From: Naegleria gruberi
Lineage: Eukaryota
Reading direction: 5' to 3' (one strand)
Length of the DNA: 64,000 nucleotides
Assembly: GCA_000004985.1 (NCBI GenBank)
Contig: GG738882.1
The notes beneath the pieces were generated by a model. That model ran no database searches and was not told the DNA's origin. It saw only the letters and a list, made by a program, of their open reading frames with translations. The position numbers and the translations under genes were made by a program. Shown piece after piece: positions 1 to 11,931 of the stretch (position 1 is its first letter; each line of letters opens with the position of its first letter).

Positions 1-167
1 TCAACAAACCTTCCGAACAATTTCCTCAATCAACCATTTCATTGTGTATTATTATATTAATAAGGCAGAAATGTTTCAATGTCTCTATTATTTCCATTTG
101 TGCCTCTTTTCAAAAAGCAATAAAGTGTTTCATCACTACATTACACTATGGAAATCAAATTCAAAAA

Positions 168-806
168 ATGGAACAGAAATGTGATCCACTTTCTTTGTTA
201 CCTATTGAATTGGCGAGAGAAATTGCATGCTTTCTGGGTGATGAGGATTTGTATTTTAATATTACATTTGTTTGTGAGTATTGGAGGCAGGAAATTGCAT
301 TTCCGATCATTGCAGAATGCTATAGGAATTTGATGATGGAAATTAATGGTGAAATGGAGGAGAATTTGAGTAGTTTTAATTGTTTGTTTACAACAAAATA
401 TGGCAGAAGATTTCTCAGATTTAAATTGAAAAGTTTAGTGTTTGAATATTCTCGGAATATATTTCAATATTTGATAATTAACGATGAGAAAATGATTTGT
501 GATGTAGACGAATGGTTAGGAATGGAGAGTTTTCAGAAACTAGTTCAATGTTTTTCTAGGAGTTTTCATTCAGAACCAAGAAATGAAACAATTCTGTCCA
601 ACTTATTAGAAAGAATTGAACGATTATTCAGTCCTTCTATCACAATTTTCATAACAAAAGATGACACTTCTTGCGACAATTCAGAGAAGGACAGTCAGAT
701 GTTGGAAAATCCTCTTTTATTCAATGTGTTAGAGGTAATCCTGTTTCAATGCTCAATGATGATCGAACAATGTCTCCAAATTTTTCAATCAAGGAATACT
801 ATCTGA
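168..806 (+). CDS. F-box domain protein (hypothetical)
   Basis: The first ATG (about 168) lies in the frame of track ORF 42..806, whose labelled M is a TTG. The N-terminus MEQKCDPLSLLPIELAREIACFLGDEDLYFNITFVCEYW fits the F-box pattern LPxE..I..L..DL....VC..W. No homolog was recognised for the rest. Confidence 0.4.
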   Translation: MEQKCDPLSLLPIELAREIACFLGDEDLYFNITFVCEYWRQEIAFPIIAECYRNLMMEINGEMEENLSSFNCLFTTKYGRRFLRFKLKSLVFEYSRNIFQYLIINDEKMICDVDEWLGMESFQKLVQCFSRSFHSEPRNETILSNLLERIERLFSPSITIFITKDDTSCDNSEKDSQMLENPLLFNVLEVILFQCSMMIEQCLQIFQSRNTI

Positions 807-1231
807 AAGATGTATTCAAGGCACAAGTTCAATTATTTGATACGCCCAATCCTCAAGTTTACACTCGAATACCACACATGTTCTTTAGGAATTCTTCAGT
901 ATTGCTCCTAATATTTGATGTAACTTTGAAATCTTCATTTGAGAGGATTTCTCAAATCTCAAAAAATTATGTGGAGCAATTAAGAGAGAAAAATGAGCAC
1001 CCTGAAATTATGATAATTGGAACGAAAACAGATCTTGATGAATCTTTGAGAGTTGTTTCATATAATGAAGCATTAGGATTGGCCTTTAAACAATTCGATG
1101 GTTCGCTCTATTTTGAACTATCCAACACAGATATCAAACAACCAATTTCAGTTATATGGTATTGTTTAATTCAGAGATATTTATTGCAACAGAGCTTGGT
1201 ACACATCCAAACAGATCCAACCAGACTCTAA
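671..1231 (+). CDS. Small GTPase-like domain with degenerate motifs; possible pseudo-GTPase, maybe the 3' part of the upstream F-box gene
   Basis: GQSDVGKS is a P-loop. LFDTPNPQ stands where WDTAGQE is expected, and IIGTKTDL stands where NKxD is expected. The labelled start is TTG, with a TGA three codons upstream in frame. The ORF overlaps ORF 42..806 in another frame, and no clean splice joining them was found. Confidence 0.35.
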   Translation: MRQFREGQSDVGKSSFIQCVRGNPVSMLNDDRTMSPNFSIKEYYLKDVFKAQVQLFDTPNPQVYTRIPHMFFRNSSVLLLIFDVTLKSSFERISQISKNYVEQLREKNEHPEIMIIGTKTDLDESLRVVSYNEALGLAFKQFDGSLYFELSNTDIKQPISVIWYCLIQRYLLQQSLVHIQTDPTRL

Positions 1232-1681
1232 AATTGTTAACATTAAAACTATAAACCTTAAAACAACCGATTTGTTCCTTTGTTACCTTATGTCACATGT
1301 CAACTCCTCAATAATTTTCGAAATCCGTTCCGAGTCAGTAACAGAACGGTGTCGTTCAAGCTGTCCATCATCTTTAAAAAAACATCACAGTCACCAAAGT
1401 TGATTTCAAAGCAGCAAAACTCGCATTTTTGGCGCTGAGAACAACTTCAAACCATCATCACAAAAAGAGGCCAAATAAATCTCTCGAGAGCCTTTGTGGT
1501 TGTCCTATCGATATAATTGTTATTGAAAAACATCATCATCAAGAAGAGGTGTGTTGGACTGAAGAAAATTTTCACCTCCACCATCACTCCATCATCATTT
1601 GGTGTACAAATACATAGCAACAACAACAACATTTTAATTTATTAATTTATTAGTAGTAGTTTATAATAGATTGTGGATAAT

Positions 1682-4600
1682 ATGAGACAGTCCTCCGATA
1701 TTACGATAGAACAAACTGTATCTCCACTTTCGGGTGATGAATTATCTATTGATACCAATGCCAACAATGTGGTATCTTCTATGGTATCATCTCCTATTGT
1801 GTCTGATCATACCATCATGACAAGAGAAGAGATGGCAAGAAGAAGCAAAAAGTTACAAATACTATCACTTTTATGTGATAATAGTTCTAGATTTGATATT
1901 TCCTATCATGCAGAGAAACAACTAAAGGTAAGCAAATTAATTTAATTATTGGATTTACATCATCATCAATTAAAAATTAGGCTCTAGAATCGATTCTTCA
2001 AAGTATCATAACGGAGAAGTGTGAGGGCGAATGGTTGGAATTAGGATTGTATCCTTGTCTTTTTCAATATTTATGTAGTGCTAACAAAGTTAGTTTAGAG
2101 ACAATCAATCTTGTCAAGAAGGTTGTCATGTGTACAAATTTGACAGAACCACAAAACTTTTCATTATTTATGGATGTGTTTAACGATTTTGTGTATGAGG
2201 AACAAAATATAACAAATTTGTTATATTTACTTTATAGAATTCTCTTCCAAAAGGAAGATACTATTATGCAGGTTTGTTATCAACTTTTTTTGTTTTTTAA
2301 TTGAATGTGAAATAGTTGTTTGTCAATAGATCTGGTGGAAACTTTTTATTAGACATTTACAGAAAGAGACTTGTAAAAAACACGGAAACAACTTCAAAGT
2401 ATAGTCATGCCAGAAAGCCAATGGTAAAACAAAATGTCACTCAACATTTTATTAAATCTCCTCGACCAGTTGCTCCAACTCCAAGAAAGAGTGCATCTAC
2501 TTCTCTTATCAAACCACCAAAATTATATACAGCTTCATTTAATAATAGTATTAATGCAGAGATTGAAAAGAATATTAAGAATAGAAAATCAACAACAGAT
2601 TTTGGATCAATTTTTACATCACCTACAACTAGCGACAGTAATTTGATTAATCATACTCCAGGTACAGAAAGAAATACTTCTCCATCAAACATTCAAGAAG
2701 AAAAAAGTTCTCCTAGTATGACCCCTAGGGACTCCTCAATGATGTTTAAAGTACCACCACTTAAATTACCATCAAAGAGTCAGACAAATGCATCAGCAAC
2801 AAGAATTCGAAGAAGATTGGATCCTAATTTGGTCAACTTGGAAGGATTGAGACTTAGTATTGATACACTCCGTACTCAGTCAAACAATGGCAATAGTATT
2901 GAAAATGTACAGGAATTGAAGCCAAAATCAAGTGTTGAGCATTTTGATTCATTAGCTGTAAAGCTTGGTGAATTATATATTGCCAACGATCTTACCTATT
3001 TGATCCCTATTAAGAGAGATCTCGATATGCAACTTTCCCCAGATGAAACTAAACTAGAAACTGACATTCAACAAGTTTCACTTGTAACCCATGTCGAAGA
3101 TTCAACGTCACTTGAAGAAATGATATTTTCCAAGCTGTCTAATGACATTTCCGTTCACAGACATTTCATTTTGAAAATGTTACAGGCTGTATCTAAATTC
3201 CAAATTATTAGACAATTTGCTAGAAATCCTGTAAATATGTTCATGCATGATTTGAGTTGTCTTAGTTACAAGATTAATTTATTGGAAAATGAAAAGTTTA
3301 TCAATAGTGTTGAAAAGAATAATATTTCAATAATTTATGATATTCTTTCACAATACGCTGCTGATGTGGAAGCTAAATACTTTAGACTTTGGAGAATGAA
3401 TAACTCTAATAAGAGTTCTGATCCAACTAGAGATAGAACATTGAAAAAGTTCGATATTTTCTTGTGGAGATGGACTGGTATTGCCGAGCAAAGTATTGAA
3501 AATGATGACTGGGAAGAAGTACACTACCAATTACAGACACTCTCTAAATACCTTTATTCATGTGTGTCAAGAGTTCAAGCCTCTCAATGCACAGCTGTTT
3601 GCTTGGAAACTCTCCTGAAAGTTCAGGTTGCTTGTCGTAGAAAGAGCAGAGATTTCCAAGGCTCTTATAATTTTAGAGATTTGATCGAGAAATATCCAAT
3701 CATGCTTAACATTGTACATTTATTACTCGAAATTTTCGATTTTATTTGTGGTAGTCCTGAAAGACATCCTTTGTTGATGGAATTCTTCTACTTTAATTTG
3801 ATTGAGAATTTGGAGACTTTCTCTTGGTTGAGAGAATATGCCATCTTTACTCTTAGGGAGGAAGTTCATTCTAATGTAAATACCAAATCATTCCCAATTA
3901 CTCTTGAGGATAGAAGGGTAAGAGTATTGAAACACTACCAAGTTCTTATGGACTTGTTCCAAGACTTGGGAGAGGAATTTTTCTCAAAGAAGGAAGAAAA
4001 TACCCACAGCGTAAAGCAAAAGAATTTGTTGAATTATATGATGATGAACGAAACCAGTGGTGTATCTAATGGCTCTATGAATTCAAGTAGAAATGGAGAA
4101 GAAACTTTCAACATTGAAGACGATAGTGGTGTCATGAAACAATTTGACTTTTTAGTTAACCCAGTTGATGGCTTAGTTTTGGGATTCCTGACAAAGGGTC
4201 CTATCACTGAAAATTATACAGTCAAAAAACAAATGTTAACTCTTCTGGAAAAGATGTTCAGGTTGCCATATCTTCCATTTTTAAGAATCGAGTCCTATGT
4301 TAATACCTACATTAGATATCACTATTTGAATTTTGTCAAACTCTATATTGATCCAAGTATTGATCCTATTACTTTGGAAGCCTGTAAATTACACATTAGC
4401 GTCTTGATTGCATTTTCAATGAATAAGACACCTCAAATCGTCAACAGATTTTTCACTATGAAAGTTGTACGATTTTTGGCAAGAGAAATCAACTTGGAAC
4501 ACAAAATTCATGAAAAGAGACATCAAAACCAACAGAAAATTGATGCTAATGCCAAAATTAACATTAATTACGACTATAATAATGAGCATACAGATACTTA

Positions 4601-7600
4601 CACCTCAGATGATCACTCAGACACTGATGATAATAGTGAGGAAGAGGAAGAAGAAACAGCCACTGCTGAAGACATTTCTGAGGATGATAGCGATTTTGAT
4701 TCCCCAAACACCAATGCTCAAAAACCTCCTGTTAACCTTATTCCTGGTCTAAACTTGAAAACATCCACAAATACAGCATCGCCACCTATCATCAAGGCAC
4801 TGCCACTTCCAAAAACAAACTCTACTTCTACTCCAAAAGAGGAACATAAACCATCTGCAGAGACCCCAGCAACAGACACTTCAGATTTAACATCTGACTC
4901 AGATGAAAGCGATTCAGAACCTGAACCAGTTAAAAAGCCTGTTATTCCATCTTTGGGACTTGGTGGATTCAAGCTTCCTAGTGTTGGTCAACAACCAAAA
5001 GAAATTGCTCAACCAGAACCTACCACTACTGTTCCTGCCACTACTGGTTTTAAATTACCAATTACTATGCCAAAATTGGCACTTGGAGGTTCCTCAGGTT
5101 CTAATGGCCAGGAAAGCAAGCCAACTATTCCACCACTTTCATTGGCATCCAAGAATCAAGGAGTTATGGAGAACAATGGTTCCCTTATTATCAATTCGGG
5201 CAGAAAGAACAAAGACTCTGCTAGATCAAGTAAGAAGGAGGAAACAACAGAAGATTCAGATGATGATGCTGATTTTATTAACACTCCTTCGGCTCCTAAA
5301 TCTCATACTGCTATTCCAAAGCTCAATTTTTTACTTGGTGGATCCAACTATGATGCCAACGCCCAAACAAATGGAAATGCTGCTGCCACTACAAACAATG
5401 ATAGTAGCAACACTACCACTACTACAACAGTTGCTAAACCTCCTGGCTTGGCTTTAGGTTTGAATCTTGGAGCTCTCAAGACCAAAACTCCATCTAATAC
5501 ACCAACACCTGTTCCTACTACTCAACCTACTGAGCCAGTACCAAATACCACTGTTGAAGCATCCAATCCATTGAACGTATCAATGGGATCCAAGAGCTTC
5601 TTAGAAAAACTGAAATTGAACAAGTCCAAAGAAGGATTCTCTACAAGATCTGAAAGATCCGAAAATGAATTCCTTTATGAGGATGATCTTAGTGATGACG
5701 AGATTCTTTCCAGCTTGATCGAATCTACTGTTCAATTCGTTGAAAGACATGAAGCTATGAAGGGTTTGGAATCTGACGAATTGCAATTCTATGAAAAGGA
5801 GAGAAAGAACAGAAAATTATACAGAAATGATGAGTTACACGTAGCAATTTTGACCTTGTTGATGTCACTCATGATTACTGCTAACTCTACTCTTGATTCT
5901 AGATACTGTGATCAGTTCCCTCTCAATAAGAACCTTCCAAATATTCCTTTCATGCTTCACTACCACATTAATGATCTTTACAACGAGCAAATCATTCCAC
6001 TGCTCCATGATACAATTGTTTCTTACTGTAGTATGAATGATAATTTGATAGGCTTGAATATTTTACTCAGACTATTATGTGAAAAGCTCTTTGAACCAAA
6101 CCTTTATAGTGTAAAGGAGGAAAGATTGGGTGTTGGTGCCTTTGGTGATGTTTGGAGATGTAAACTCAAGTTTACTCACTCTTCTGTGAAAACAGTGGCT
6201 GCCAAGCTTCTCAAAGTTCCAAAGATGATTGAAGATGCTTGTATCTTATACACTATTTTCAATGAAATTCTTATCATGGAAAAGTTCAAAGCTGACCCAA
6301 GAATTTGTCGTATGTATGACTACGGTGTTACAAAGGACAATTACTATATTGTTATGAAGGAATACAAGTGTAGCTTGAAGACTTGGAGATTGAAGCAAAC
6401 AACTCACTTTTTACAAAATATTCCATTGTACATGAATATTTTCAAGAGAATTTTGGAATCTTACAAGTTTTTGTATGATAACAACATTAACCACTTTGAT
6501 TTAAAGTGTGACAATATTTTCTTGGAACCGTTTGATGGAGTGGATGATACCAAGTTCTTTAATCATCAATCTGACATGCCACACTTTGAACTTGTTGTTG
6601 GTGATTTTGGTGAAAGCTTTATCTATTCAAACGATGAAGAGGATGGTTACACCACTAGACACAGAGGTACTGAATGTATTAAGAGTCCAGAAATGTTAAA
6701 GATTGAAATGATGGACACCAAGAGTAAGAATTATGACAGAAGAAGAAAGGTTGGTGCTAACAGTGCCAGTGATATCTGGTCTTTGGGATGTCTTTTCTAT
6801 GAATTGTTGGCAGGTGATTTCCTTTTTGATGCCTCTGAATTTACTACTTTCTTCATGTTATTGACTGACAATAAGAAGACTTTAATTTCTCAAGAAAGAT
6901 TCTTAAAGATCCATTATAATCACTTCCTTATGGATATTTTGAGCTATATTTTAGTGAGAGATCCACTCAGAAGACCATCCATCAATGACTTGTTGCAACG
7001 TTTCTCTTTCTTTGTTAACGTAATGCCTTCTTGGCAAAAACTCAGAGAAATGACACCAGAAGACATTGAAAACGAGTTTAACAGTGCCAGAACAACCTTG
7101 ACCAGTAGAGGTATCACACCAGCAAAACCTACTCTCTCCTATCAATATGATGATTATTTACTTCATCCTTTGGAAACTCCACACACCTCAAAGACATCTA
7201 ATAGAAATGAGGCTGCAAAGGAACCATCATCTAGTGGATCTGACAAGACTAAGCCAAAGGGTGGATCAAATCAAGATGCTCTCGCTAATTATCTTTCTGT
7301 TTACAATTGGACTAAGGAAGACGTTGAATTTTACATTAAGAAGGCAACATTTATTATGAAGAATAGATTATATTTGGTATCTGACGATTTGGCATATAAC
7401 AAGCCTGTTTTGAATAAGCTTGGTATTACTCACATTGTCAATTGCTGTATTTCTACCTCAAAATCTCAATTCCCAGAAAACTTCTTCTATTTTAATCTCA
7501 AGGAACATTTATCTGAAAGCTCTCTTAAGGCATACTCGGAATATATAAAGGCATTTGAATTTGTTAGAGATGCTATCAAGAAGAGAGGTAGAGTATTAGT

Positions 7601-8648
7601 TTACAGCGGTAAGGGATTGAGTAGAAGTGGTCTTTTTGTTGTTCTTTTCCTCATGGATACATACAACCTCTCTAGCTATGAATCCTACCTCTTTGTTAAG
7701 AGCAGAAGACCTGCATTGAGACCAGAAATTCTTACACACTTTTTGCATTTCTTGCTCAAAGTTAAGCAGATGCAATCAGTTGAATCACAAAAGAAGAAGG
7801 CACTTAGCGAGCTCAAAACACTTTCTACTTCTGGATCTCTCTTCAAGAACAAATCTCCAGTCCAAGCTCTTCTCCAATCTCCTCCTCAACACAGCCACAA
7901 GAAGTTGAATAAGATTCATCAAAGTGTTTCCAAGATGCTCGAAATGAAGAAATTGAAAGAAAAGCAAGAAGCTACTAACAATGAATCATCTTCCAACTCT
8001 GCCAGCACTCCTACAAAGAAAGGAAAACAAGAAGAAACTGTCCATTGGTATAGATGTATTTGTGGTGCTTGTGTTGTTGGTGTCATGTCTCCATTCTCTG
8101 TACATTCATTCCATGCTGGAAATATTACTCACGAACACAGTCCAATCAGATGTTGGCCATCCTTCTTGCAAGAGATGAAATTATTATACTTCTATAATGC
8201 TAATCTCGTTAATATGGGATTCACTACAAAGGACAGAGTACTTCTCGATCCATTTGAGGTTCACCAACACTCAGAACCAGTACCGGACAATCAATCTGTT
8301 GGAGACTATCAAGAACCAATTTGGAAAGTTAACAAGTGTAAATATTGTGGATTTTTAGTGTTTGCAACCAAAGATAAGGATGTTGGATCACCTCCATCAG
8401 AAAAGAGTGCACAATTATCCAATCAAGGTTCTCAGGCCCAACCAACACTTAAGAGACACAAGAGCAAGGAAAGTATCTCAGTTTCTCCTGCTTCAAACGA
8501 TTTACTTTCACCAAGTGGAATATCAATTAGAGGATTTGAAATTGCTGTTAATTGTTCACTCAAGACAACCAATGTGATTGCTAAATCCAATGTTAATAAG
8601 GTTCAAGATTTGAGACCTTCTCTCTTCTTCAAGGGAGCTAATGTGTAA
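1682..8648 (+). CDS. Large multidomain protein of about 2290 aa with a non-RD protein kinase domain plus a Cys-to-Ser dual-specificity-phosphatase-like (STYX-type) domain; 3 exons
   Basis: Exons are about 1682..1927, 1981..2271 and 2316..8648. Intron 1 is AAG|gtaagc...attag and intron 2 is a 44-nt CAG|gtttgt...aaatag; frames are continuous with track ORFs 1673, 2035 and 2316. The kinase domain carries GVGAFGDVWRC, VAAKLLK, HFDLKCDNIFL, DFGES and DIWSLGCLFYEL. The DSP-like domain carries VLVYSGKGLSRSG in place of VHCxAGxxRSG, with the catalytic Cys replaced by Ser. The protein also has acidic, Ser/Thr and Pro-rich low-complexity regions. Confidence 0.7.
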
Positions 8649-8854
8649 TTTATTATAAATTATTATACTTGGTTTCGAACTTTAATTTCTTTGTGAAGTG
8701 TTTCAAATTTTTGTCAATGGTACGATTTAGAAAATTGACCTTTAAGGTGAACAATAGAACCAACAGATCCATCAATTGTAATTGGGAAGTAAGAGTTGAT
8801 TTGATAAGATTAGCTGGATGTTTTGGACATACTGTTTGATAATAATTTCAAAAT

Positions 8855-11245
8855 TTAGTTTATTTCTTCTTTCAAAATTAAATCAAAATCTTGATTATTC
8901 AATTCAGAAGACTCCTCAGGTACTATTCCAGAAGATTCTCCATTTTTCCTTTTTTCAGCTTCCTTTTTCATTTGCTGCCAATTTCTTTTTCTTGTATTTG
9001 TGAACCAGTTGGCAACTTGAACATAGGTAAGACCTGTTTGTTCAGATAAATCTTGTTTTTCTTTAGAACTTGGATATGGATGTTCTATGTGATCCAAAAA
9101 CCAATCTCTCAACACATCTGTGGCATTTGAAGGTAAAAAGTGTTTTCTTTCATTTGCTCGCTTATCATCAAATGTCATTTGTCCTTGAGGGCTTGATGAT
9201 AAAACCATTTGTGAATAACCCATTGACTGATTCATTGTTTGTTGTTGACCAACATTCTGACCTGTTGATACTGAAAATGGATTGGAAATATTTGTCTGAT
9301 TCATCAAGCTTCGTTGTAATTGAGTCATAAACTCATTCATATTTTCAGTTGAGTGATTGTGCATTTCTTTTGTCGGAGAGCCAGGTCGAGAATTAGGCAA
9401 TGAGTTTGGTAATGAATTAGGTAACGAGTTAGGTAATGAATTATTTTGAGATCCAGACCTCGAAGGCAATGGACTATTTGGAGGAGCTGTTAAACCTTGG
9501 AAGAATCCTTGTTCCTTTCTTCTGTGCATTCCTGGTTGCCTCTTTGCTGTACCTGGAGAATTAACGTATGGTTTCTGGGTAGCTCCACTATCTCTACGAT
9601 GATAATTTGTTGGAGTGTTTGTTATAGGATTTGTTTCAATTGAAATTAGGGTCGATGGAGGTGAGGCATTTCCTTGAAGCATGGCTCTGAAACTCTGTTG
9701 ATAGGGAGATGGTGAAGAACTCAATGGTAAACCATCGAGTGGGCTAGAAACGAGTCTCTTCTTTTGTGGCATGTCATGTGTTGATAGTGAAATTAAGGAA
9801 GATTCATCTCCTCCACCAATTCCAATTCCACCTGCTTCCTTCACATTGAGTGCATTGAATAGTGTGAAATCACTTGGCGACTCTTCAGAATTGAAAAAAC
9901 TAGATCCAGTAAATCCTTCACTACTTCCCCCACTTGTACTGTCAGCTGTATTGAAAATATCTTCAAGACCATCATCTTTCAATGAATCTTTAACATATTT
10001 GAAAATGGAACGTTGTTGATTGGTTGGTAATTTTGTTAAAATTGATAATCCTGAAGGAACTGAAATGAGTGGAGAAGAATTTGAATGAGGACTTGAAATA
10101 ATTGGATCTGAGCTTTCAGAAATGGCATCATACTTTCTCTTTCCCTTTCCAATAAGTGTTTGTTCAATAATTGTTTGAACTGTATCTTCACTTGTTGCCA
10201 TAGACATGTCAATTCCATGTTCTGTCAATGTGCCAGTTTCAAAATCTTCACTAATACTCAAAATACCTTCAATACGTGGTGTTGATGGTGTTGTTGAGAT
10301 AAATTCATGAAAATCATTCACATCCAATTGCAAATTTGGTCCATTAACAACATGATCATCTACAATACTAGGAGAAGAAGGATACAAGAAACCTCCTTGT
10401 TGTTGTTGATGAAGTTGATAATTATTCTCATTGAGTGACTGTGTCATTACTTGTTGACCATTGATTGATTGACCAAAAGGAGTTTGATGTGTGGAATTGA
10501 AAGTAAATGTTCCTGGCATGAATACATTATTGTTTACATTCTGTTGTTGTTGATAATGCAATTGACTCAATATATTATTGTTATTATTACTATTATTATT
10601 ATTATGAATAAAACCAGAATTATTGTTAGTTAAGAAAATAGTAGGTGTTTGATGAATAGAGGCAGCATTGTTATTATTATTGGTTTGAATTGGTAAATTA
10701 TTCAATAGATAATTTTGATGATTTGAATTTGAATTTGGAGGAGAGGAAGGAGAATTGGAAGATGAAGTTGTTGTTTTCATTGTATTATTCTGCTGCTGTT
10801 GTTGATTGGTTGAGGAGGAACCATATGAATTCATCATATTATTATTCATATTCATATTCATATTCATATTATTATTATTTGTATTTGTAGTGGTTGAATG
10901 ATGATGATGTACATTATTGGATGATGAAGATGATTGATTCATCAAATTGAACAATACTTGTTGAGAGGGCAGATCATATTGAGAAGCGTAGAATAATAAC
11001 AATTGTTGCTGTTGTTGAGGTGTGAGAGATGAAATCAGTGCATGGCTCATACTAAGTGGTTGTTGTTGATTCATCATGTGCATGTACAATTGTTGCTGCT
11101 GCTGTTGATTGACTTCATATGGTTGTTGTTGTTGACCGCCCAACAAGCCTTGTTGATTGTTGTTGTACATGCGTTGTTGTTGTTGTGGTGTTTGATGAAG
11201 ATGATGATTTGATGCCGCTGCCTGATTAATATTGCCATGCATCAT
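8855..11245 (-). CDS. TALE-class homeodomain transcription factor, Q/N/S-rich
   Basis: The C-terminal homeodomain reads DWFLDHIEHPYPSSKEKQDLSEQTGLTYVQVANWFTNTRKRNW, with the PYP three-residue loop and WFxNxR recognition helix. ATG-ATG at 11245 starts the ORF. Poly-Q/N tracts are extensive. Confidence 0.75.
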   Translation of the reverse strand: MMHGNINQAAASNHHLHQTPQQQQRMYNNNQQGLLGGQQQQPYEVNQQQQQQLYMHMMNQQQPLSMSHALISSLTPQQQQQLLLFYASQYDLPSQQVLFNLMNQSSSSSNNVHHHHSTTTNTNNNNMNMNMNMNNNMMNSYGSSSTNQQQQQNNTMKTTTSSSNSPSSPPNSNSNHQNYLLNNLPIQTNNNNNAASIHQTPTIFLTNNNSGFIHNNNNSNNNNNILSQLHYQQQQNVNNNVFMPGTFTFNSTHQTPFGQSINGQQVMTQSLNENNYQLHQQQQGGFLYPSSPSIVDDHVVNGPNLQLDVNDFHEFISTTPSTPRIEGILSISEDFETGTLTEHGIDMSMATSEDTVQTIIEQTLIGKGKRKYDAISESSDPIISSPHSNSSPLISVPSGLSILTKLPTNQQRSIFKYVKDSLKDDGLEDIFNTADSTSGGSSEGFTGSSFFNSEESPSDFTLFNALNVKEAGGIGIGGGDESSLISLSTHDMPQKKRLVSSPLDGLPLSSSPSPYQQSFRAMLQGNASPPSTLISIETNPITNTPTNYHRRDSGATQKPYVNSPGTAKRQPGMHRRKEQGFFQGLTAPPNSPLPSRSGSQNNSLPNSLPNSLPNSLPNSRPGSPTKEMHNHSTENMNEFMTQLQRSLMNQTNISNPFSVSTGQNVGQQQTMNQSMGYSQMVLSSSPQGQMTFDDKRANERKHFLPSNATDVLRDWFLDHIEHPYPSSKEKQDLSEQTGLTYVQVANWFTNTRKRNWQQMKKEAEKRKNGESSGIVPEESSELNNQDFDLILKEEIN
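9391..9443. repeat. 12-bp tandem repeat (about 4 copies) inside the homeobox CDS, encoding (SLPN)n on the minus strand
   Basis: aattaggcaatgagtttggtaatgaattaggtaacgagttaggtaatgaatta encodes LPNSLPNSLPNSLPNS. Confidence 0.6.
10846..10878. repeat. Hexanucleotide microsatellite (attcat)n inside the homeobox CDS, encoding (NM)n
   Basis: attcatattcatattcatattcat read on the minus strand gives NMNMNMNM. It is flanked by aat/caa codon-repeat tracts between about 10560 and 11200. Confidence 0.6.
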
Positions 11246-11931
11246 TATCGGTGGTGGTTGAAAGGAATTGAGTTGTGTTGTTGTTGTTGGGAATTATTCG
11301 TTGCGGAGGAGAGTAAGGAAAGTAATAAATCATTACTGGTCGTGGTAGTACTATTATTGATATTGTTATTATTATTGTTACTACTACTAGAAATAATATT
11401 GGTAGTGGTGGCGGAAAGGTTGTTATTGGAAGGGGTTGATGGATTTGAATTGTTATTTGGAGAGCTTTGTTGACCAACAACGGAAGAAGACATTTTTGAA
11501 AGTGTTGGTTGCTATTATATTGATAGGATCAAAGGGTGTGATTTAAATGATTGTGAGATTTTTGTGTTGTTTTGAAACAATTTCTTGCATGCCAAATGTC
11601 AGTTTATTGTTGTGTTGACACTGGAATGGTTATTTGATGGCAAGGAAGATTGGTTTCTTTTTTTTAGAGATGTGATAAAGTACGAGGTGAAAACAGTTAA
11701 CTCAGTGAAGATGTGATTTCGAATAGTTTCTTTCAACAAGTGGAGAGAAAGAAAATTAATGTTTACGGGTGAAATGTTGTAGCTCCTCAAAAAGGCAAAC
11801 TCAAAACAATGGTTGTGAACATTTATTTGTTTAGGTTTTAGCTTCCAATAGTTTTAAACGAATCCTTCAAACCTTACAAAAAACATTTACCCAGAGAGTG
11901 AATTTCCCGCATCAAGCAATCAAACTTGTTT

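Noticed and set aside
4465-5457. Internal or antisense ORFs inside the large kinase gene (4465..4752, 4718..4972 minus, 4903..5457) and similar shadow ORFs inside SDHA (39403..39808, 40027..40654), Raptor (45127..47903) and other genes
   Set aside because: They overlap strongly supported, homology-confirmed CDSs in other frames. They show low-complexity composition with no motifs, as expected for shadow ORFs in an AT-rich genome.
11245-11493. An N/S-rich ORF as a spliced N-terminal extension of the TALE homeobox protein
   Set aside because: It lies in a different frame and terminates inside the ATG-ATG. No AG dinucleotide exists in the 70 nt before the ATG, so no canonical acceptor is possible. 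A GTAATG donor paired with the downstream tcag acceptor does not restore the frame. It is kept only as a possible frameshift artefact.
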